Assembly (NCBI GenBank): GCA_041640575.1
Contig: JBEPZZ010000056.1
Location: 1-11,514 of the forward strand
Direction of reading: 5' to 3'
Origin: Pseudothermotoga sp.
GTDB lineage: Bacteria; Thermotogota; Thermotogae; Thermotogales; DSM-5069
Length of the DNA stretch: 11,514 nt
The notes under the pieces were generated by a model. It was given only the letters and a program-made list of their open reading frames with translations. It searched no databases and had not been told where the DNA came from. Shown piece after piece: positions 6,816 through 11,514 of the stretch. Position 1 is the stretch's first letter. Each line of letters begins with the position of its first letter. Made by a program: the position numbers and the translations under genes.

Positions 6816-7805
6816 TTGAGGAAATATCTTACTCGCAAAATCATCACATATCTTTTAACTTTCTTTTTTGCTGTGACGATAGACTGGGCTATTCCAAGAT
6901 TTATGCCAGGTAATCCTATAAATGTTCTTATATCACGTTTTGCTGCCTTACCAGAATCTATAAAGGTTATGCAAAGTTATTTCACTCAAGCTTTTGGTTT
7001 GGATAGACCTATGTGGGAGCAATACGTGAGTTTTTGGAAAGCTCTATTTCGTGGAGATCTCGGAATAAGCATTTATCTTTATCCTCAGCCAGTTGCAAAG
7101 GTCATTTTCGAGGCTTTGCCCTATACCCTTGCAGTTTTATTACCAGCCATATTTGTAAGTTTCATAGTTGGTAACAGGCTCGGAGCTTTTGTTGCGAGGA
7201 AAAAGCGCTTGGACAATTTTGCTCTTCCGATTTTTTACACCCTTACAGCTTCGCCATATTTTTGGTTTGGAATATTACTTGCTTGGTTCTTTGGAGTTGT
7301 GCTTGGTTGGTTCCCAATAGCCGGTGCTTACAGTTTTCTGTTAAAACGATCCTTTTCTTGGATCTTCATCAGAAGTTTTCTCTACCACTGGATATTGCCG
7401 TTCTCATCGTTGGTTCTTGTTATGCTTGGTGGTTGGGCAATTGGAATGAGAAACATGATTATTTACGAACTGGAGGCGAATTATTCGAGATATCTCGAAA
7501 ATTGCGGAGCATCTGAGAGGTTAATTCGAAGGTATGCTTATAGAAACGCAATTCTTCCTCAAGTTACTGGTCTTGCAATTCAACTTGGTACTGCTGTTGC
7601 AGGAACTTTAACAACCGAGATAGTCTTTTCCTATCCTGGTATAGGTTACATACTAATGCAAGGCATACTTAATCAAGATTACTTCTTAGTACAAGGTTGT
7701 TTTCTATTTAGAGTAATTGGTGTATTGTTAGCAAACTTTATAGTCGATCTTTACTATGTGATATTAGACCCGAGGATAAGAAAGGCCTACATCGGGGAGG
7801 TCTGA
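6816..7805 (+). CDS. celF: Oligosaccharide ABC transporter permease 1 (OppB/DppB family)
   Basis: TTG start with SD AGGGAG (6801-6806). Motifs PRFMPGNP, GLDRP..QY..F...LFRGDLG, TEIVFSYPGIG, QDY, LDPRI, and multiple hydrophobic helices. Confidence 0.93.
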   Translation: MRKYLTRKIITYLLTFFFAVTIDWAIPRFMPGNPINVLISRFAALPESIKVMQSYFTQAFGLDRPMWEQYVSFWKALFRGDLGISIYLYPQPVAKVIFEALPYTLAVLLPAIFVSFIVGNRLGAFVARKKRLDNFALPIFYTLTASPYFWFGILLAWFFGVVLGWFPIAGAYSFLLKRSFSWIFIRSFLYHWILPFSSLVLVMLGGWAIGMRNMIIYELEANYSRYLENCGASERLIRRYAYRNAILPQVTGLAIQLGTAVAGTLTTEIVFSYPGIGYILMQGILNQDYFLVQGCFLFRVIGVLLANFIVDLYYVILDPRIRKAYIGEV

Positions 7806-7807
7806 AG

Positions 7808-8653
7808 ATGACAAGAAAAGAATTCATACATTTTGTATTGAAAAATAAAAAAATTGTGTTTTCAGTATCTGTTTTAAGCTTTCTTGCGCTGCTTGCGATT
7901 TTTGGTCCTAAGTTCACCCCTTATGATCCTTTGGAATTTGCCGCGGCACCTTATCAACCACCAAGTGGAAAGCACTGGCTTGGTACGAATACTTTTGGTC
8001 AGGATTTGTTTACTCAGCTGGTTTATGGACTTAGAAATTCTTTATTAGTTGGATTATTCGGTGGTAGTTTGGCTACTTTCGTTGGACTCTCAATTGGCTT
8101 CATTGCAGGATACAAAGGTGGATGGATTGACGAGCTATTCATGATGCTTTCAAATATTCTTATGGTTTTGCCTACATTGGCTTTGCTGATAATAATTGCT
8201 GCATATTTACCATACAGAGGTGTTGTAATTCAAAGCATTATAATTGGTTTCACTGCATGGCCATGGACAGCGAGGGCAGTAAGGGCACAAACGATGAGTT
8301 TAAAAACAAGAGAATTTGTCGACTTAGCTCGAATAACTGGTAGAAGCAGTTTAAAAATCATTTGGCAAGAAATTATGCCAAATATGATGTCTTACGTTTT
8401 CATGGTCTTTATTCTTCAGTTTGGTGGAGCGATTTTGGCGGCAACCGGTTTGGATTTCATAGGCCTTGGACCAACCAGAGGTATTTCGCTCGGAATAATG
8501 ATGCAACAAGCAACACTTTGGAATGCAATTCAACTTGGTATGTGGTGGTGGGCAATAACTCCTGGTGCTGTGATAACTCTTATAGTTGCTTCTTTGTACA
8601 TAATGAACACAGGACTCGATGAGGTATTCAACCCACGATTAAGGGAGCTGTGA
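7808..8653 (+). CDS. celG: Oligosaccharide ABC transporter permease 2 (OppC/DppC family)
   Basis: PPSGKHWLGTNTFGQD, ARAVRAQ..L..REFV..AR..G (EAA-like loop), LDFIGLG, WWW..PG, GLDEVFNPR. Confidence 0.93.
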   Translation: MTRKEFIHFVLKNKKIVFSVSVLSFLALLAIFGPKFTPYDPLEFAAAPYQPPSGKHWLGTNTFGQDLFTQLVYGLRNSLLVGLFGGSLATFVGLSIGFIAGYKGGWIDELFMMLSNILMVLPTLALLIIIAAYLPYRGVVIQSIIIGFTAWPWTARAVRAQTMSLKTREFVDLARITGRSSLKIIWQEIMPNMMSYVFMVFILQFGGAILAATGLDFIGLGPTRGISLGIMMQQATLWNAIQLGMWWWAITPGAVITLIVASLYIMNTGLDEVFNPRLREL

Positions 8654-8657
8654 GAAA

Positions 8658-9638
8658 ATGAATGCTGACGACGTTATATTAAAAGTCAACAATTTGAAAA
8701 TTTACTACAGCACTCTTCATGGAAACGTCAAAGCTGTTGATGATGTCAGCTTTGAAATCAAAAAGCACGAAGTTTTAGGTATTGCTGGAGAATCAGGATG
8801 TGGGAAATCAACGCTTAGTAATTCTTTGTTGATGCTGAAACCACCAATGAAATATCATGGTGGTGAAGCATTGATTGATGGCGTGAATATAATGACTCTT
8901 TCGAGGAAAGAAGTCAAAAAGATCAGGTATAGAAAGATTTCGATAATTCCTCAGTACGCCATGGACGCTTTAAATCCAACGAAAAAAATCAAGGAAATAA
9001 CACGCGATTTATTAAGAGAACATGACGAAGAATTTGAAAGAAAAATAGATCTCATAGAAGAAAGGCTGCAGATCGTGAATCTTACAAAAAGTGTACTTAA
9101 CATGTATCCCATAGAACTGTCGGGAGGAATGAAGCAGAGAGTAGTAATGGTCATATCGACACTTCTTAATCCAAATGTTTTGATAGCTGACGAAATAACT
9201 TCCGCACTAGATGTTAGTAGTCAAAAGGCTGTTATCCAAATGTTGTATCGCATGAAAGAGGAACACATTGTTGGTTCAATAGCTTTTATCACACATGATC
9301 TTGCAATCCTGTATCAGATAGCAGACAGAATAATGATAATGTATGCAGGAAAAATTGCAGAAATTTCCCCAACAGAAGAAATTGTTAGACAGCCTCTGCA
9401 TCCTTACACAAGAATGCTCATGGCTTCGCTTCCGAAGATGGGACTAAGGTACAATGAAGTCAAACTTAAAGGAATATCTGGCTATCCGCCAAATCTGCTA
9501 GAAATTGGTCCTGGTTGCAGATTTAGAGAAAGATGTCCGGTTGCCATGCAATTATGCACTCAGGATCCTCCTCTGTTTGACATTGAAGGTCGAAAAGTAG
9601 CATGCTGGCTGTATAAAAGCGAGGGTGAGACAAATTGA
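8658..9638 (+). CDS. celK: ABC transporter ATP-binding protein (OppD/DppD family)
   Basis: Walker A GESGCGKS, signature LSGGMKQR, Walker B LIADE, H-loop ITHD, HPYT and a C-terminal 4-Cys oligo_HPY tail. Confidence 0.94.
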   Translation: MNADDVILKVNNLKIYYSTLHGNVKAVDDVSFEIKKHEVLGIAGESGCGKSTLSNSLLMLKPPMKYHGGEALIDGVNIMTLSRKEVKKIRYRKISIIPQYAMDALNPTKKIKEITRDLLREHDEEFERKIDLIEERLQIVNLTKSVLNMYPIELSGGMKQRVVMVISTLLNPNVLIADEITSALDVSSQKAVIQMLYRMKEEHIVGSIAFITHDLAILYQIADRIMIMYAGKIAEISPTEEIVRQPLHPYTRMLMASLPKMGLRYNEVKLKGISGYPPNLLEIGPGCRFRERCPVAMQLCTQDPPLFDIEGRKVACWLYKSEGETN

Positions 9639-10594
9639 GCTTGCTCGAAGTCAAGAATCTGTCAAAGGAATTTCCATTAGGCTTTCTAGGGCGCGTAAAA
9701 CTTAAAGCTGTTGATAATGTTTCTTTCGAACTGAATGAGCATACAATTATCTCACTCATCGGTGAAAGTGGAAGTGGTAAAACAACCATTGGCAGGTTAA
9801 TTTTGAGGTTACTCAAACCAACCAGAGGCGAAATAATCTTGGATGGCAAAGATGTAGGAAGTTTTAAGCCTAATGACTACTACAGAAAAGTCCAAGGTAT
9901 CTTTCAAGATCCCTATTCTTCTTTCAATCCAGTATACAAGATAGACCGAATTTTTGAAATGATTTTCGAAGAATTCATGCCTGACTTTGACAAAAAGCGA
10001 CGTAGGGAAGAAGTTGAAAAAATTCTTATAAGCGTTGGAATGAATCCCTCGCAGATTTTAGGAAAATATCCACACCAACTCAGTGGTGGACAACTTCAAA
10101 GAATTTTGATCGCAAGAACTCTTTTATTAAAGCCAAAAGTACTTATAGCCGACGAAATAATAAGCATGCTAGATGCTTCGACAAGAGTAGATATTTTGAA
10201 CCTACTTGGAGATCTCAAAGAAAAAGGCATGTCAGTTATATTCATAACACATGATCTTTCATTCGGTTATTACATAAGTGATGTTACGATAATTCTTTAC
10301 AAAGGAAGTATCATGGAAATGGGAGATACTAAAAAAGTTTTCCACAATCCCATTCATCCTTACACAAAAATGCTGTTGGAATCTGTCCCAAGTATTGATA
10401 AAAAATGGGATTTAAAAAAGCTGTTTATGCCAGAATTGGTTTCTCAGGATGCTTCAGGATGCAAATTCCACGAAAGATGTAAGGAAGCTACAGAAGAGTG
10501 CAAGAAACAACTCCCAGAATTAATCGAAGTCGAACCGAATCACAAAGTAGCTTGTATCAAAGCTGATATTTCTGCTGAAGTTGACAAGCCTTAG
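9635..10594 (+). CDS. celL: ABC transporter ATP-binding protein (OppF/DppF family)
   Basis: TTG start overlaps the previous TGA (TTGA). Motifs GESGSGKT, FQDPYSS, LSGGQLQR, LIADE, ITHD, HPYT and a 4-Cys tail. Confidence 0.94.
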   Translation: MSLLEVKNLSKEFPLGFLGRVKLKAVDNVSFELNEHTIISLIGESGSGKTTIGRLILRLLKPTRGEIILDGKDVGSFKPNDYYRKVQGIFQDPYSSFNPVYKIDRIFEMIFEEFMPDFDKKRRREEVEKILISVGMNPSQILGKYPHQLSGGQLQRILIARTLLLKPKVLIADEIISMLDASTRVDILNLLGDLKEKGMSVIFITHDLSFGYYISDVTIILYKGSIMEMGDTKKVFHNPIHPYTKMLLESVPSIDKKWDLKKLFMPELVSQDASGCKFHERCKEATEECKKQLPELIEVEPNHKVACIKADISAEVDKP

Positions 10595-10617
10595 AGGAAA
10601 ACGTGAGGTGAAATGCA

Positions 10618-11514
10618 TTGGTAACGATAAAAGATGTTGCAAAAGCTGCAGGTGTTTCAATCGCAACGGTGTCAAGAGTTATAAACGGTTTTGAAAAAGT
10701 TGAAGAAAAAACTCGCAAAAAAGTTCTCAAGGCAATAAAAGAACTCGGTTACAAACCCAGAGCACACTTTGGCCTTAATGGAACGTTGTTAAAAACTGTT
10801 GGGGTTTTATTACCCGATCTTGGTGGATATCATTATGGTGAGATACTAAGTGGTATAGAAGAATATTGTTTTGAGAACAACTTTGACGTGATGATTTCAC
10901 TTACAAGGAATCTGCCGAATGTTGAAAAGGAAATTCTTGATCAATATTTTAATAGAAAAGTTGATGGAATTTTAGTTTGCACGCTGTCTGGTGACGAAAA
11001 GTTTTTGGAGAAATTTTTGAACATTGGCGTGACTGTGGTTGCAATAGACTCGAAGATCGACGAGGTTAAAGTTGACTCTGTAAATGTGGACAACTTTCAC
11101 GGTTCATACCATGCAGTTAAATACCTGTACGAAAAGCGTCATCGAAAGATCCTATATGTAGCTGGTCCAGAGTATTCCCATGCAGCAATCGAAAGGGAAA
11201 AAGGTATTGAGAAATTTCTTGCCAAACACAAGTTAAAAGTCATGATAGGTGAAGAAAGAGGTTTCCAGCCAGAGGTAGGCTACAATGTCGTCAGGAATCA
11301 TTTGAAAAGACGAGGGAAAGATTTCACGGCTGTTTTTTGTGTGAACGATTATGTTGCACTTGGTGCACTGAATGCTTTAAATGAAGCTGGCATTGCTGTG
11401 CCCAGCGAGGTTTCTGTTATGGGGTTCGATGACTCTCCGTTTGCTTGCTATACTATCCCACCTTTGACAACAGTTGCACAACCACGCTGGTTAATGGGTA
11501 AACTGGGCGCCCAA
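10618..11514 (+). CDS. celR: LacI-family transcriptional regulator (CelR/TM1218-like); partial (299 codons, 3' end beyond right edge)
   Basis: TTG 10618 lies 7 nt after SD GAGGTG. HTH VTIKDVAKAAGVSIATVSRVIN, then VDGI, VNVDN, AVFCVNDYVALG, VSVMGFDD and PPLTTVAQP. Its position after the second ATPase matches the recalled TM1223-TM1218 order. Confidence 0.93.
   Translation, partial: MVTIKDVAKAAGVSIATVSRVINGFEKVEEKTRKKVLKAIKELGYKPRAHFGLNGTLLKTVGVLLPDLGGYHYGEILSGIEEYCFENNFDVMISLTRNLPNVEKEILDQYFNRKVDGILVCTLSGDEKFLEKFLNIGVTVVAIDSKIDEVKVDSVNVDNFHGSYHAVKYLYEKRHRKILYVAGPEYSHAAIEREKGIEKFLAKHKLKVMIGEERGFQPEVGYNVVRNHLKRRGKDFTAVFCVNDYVALGALNALNEAGIAVPSEVSVMGFDDSPFACYTIPPLTTVAQPRWLMGKLGAQ

Noticed and set aside
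5594..9849. Small ORFs overlapping the ABC operon (5594-5833, 5849-6058, 6304-6504, 6476-6847, 6523-6732, 6596-6787, 7262-7516, 8351-8533, 8362-8622, 8951-9154, 9523-9849)
   Set aside because: They overlap conserved transporter genes almost entirely and show no independent coding evidence.
10444..10462. Direct repeat TCAGGATGC twice with a 10-nt period
   Set aside because: Only two short copies inside an intact reading frame, compatible with chance.
10581..10609. Perfect TTGACA as an internal promoter for the LacI gene
   Set aside because: The sequence at 16-18 nt spacing (e.g. TGAGGT) is the SD rather than a credible -10, and TTGACA lies in coding sequence.
11137..11139. Arg (CGT) where LacI proteins usually have Gly in xGHRxI
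   Set aside because: Probably a single surface-turn substitution. It cannot be interpreted without an alignment or reads.
1..11514. CRISPR array, IS element, prophage, tRNA/rRNA, riboswitch or defence system
   Set aside because: No spaced repeats, transposase or integrase ORFs, terminal inverted repeats or recognisable RNA motifs. All intergenic gaps are 260 bp or shorter and are largely explained by regulatory signals.

Overview
AT-rich bacterial window, by recalled protein similarity most likely from a Thermotogae (Thermotoga/Pseudothermotoga-like) genome. The minus strand carries, right to left: a cytoplasmic GH3 beta-glucosidase (BglB-like) ending in an intrinsic terminator, an uncharacterised COG2509-like FAD-dependent oxidoreductase, and the 5' 389 codons of a multi-FeS [FeFe]-hydrogenase that runs off the left edge and is missing from the ORF track. 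The plus strand carries a divergent Opp/Dpp-family oligosaccharide ABC operon resembling T. maritima TM1223-TM1219 (celEFGKL/cbt), followed by a LacI-family regulator (CelR/TM1218-like) that runs off the right edge and is also missing from the track. I see no mobile element, CRISPR array or RNA gene, and no clearly new system. The most interesting signals are regulatory: a perfect TA-centred LacI operator matched by a LacI lacking the hinge-helix motif, a Rex-like box on the hydrogenase promoter, a stem-loop plus anti-SD element after the binding-protein gene, and an unexplained flavoprotein directly upstream of the hydrogenase. All homolog assignments are from memory and were not checked by a search.
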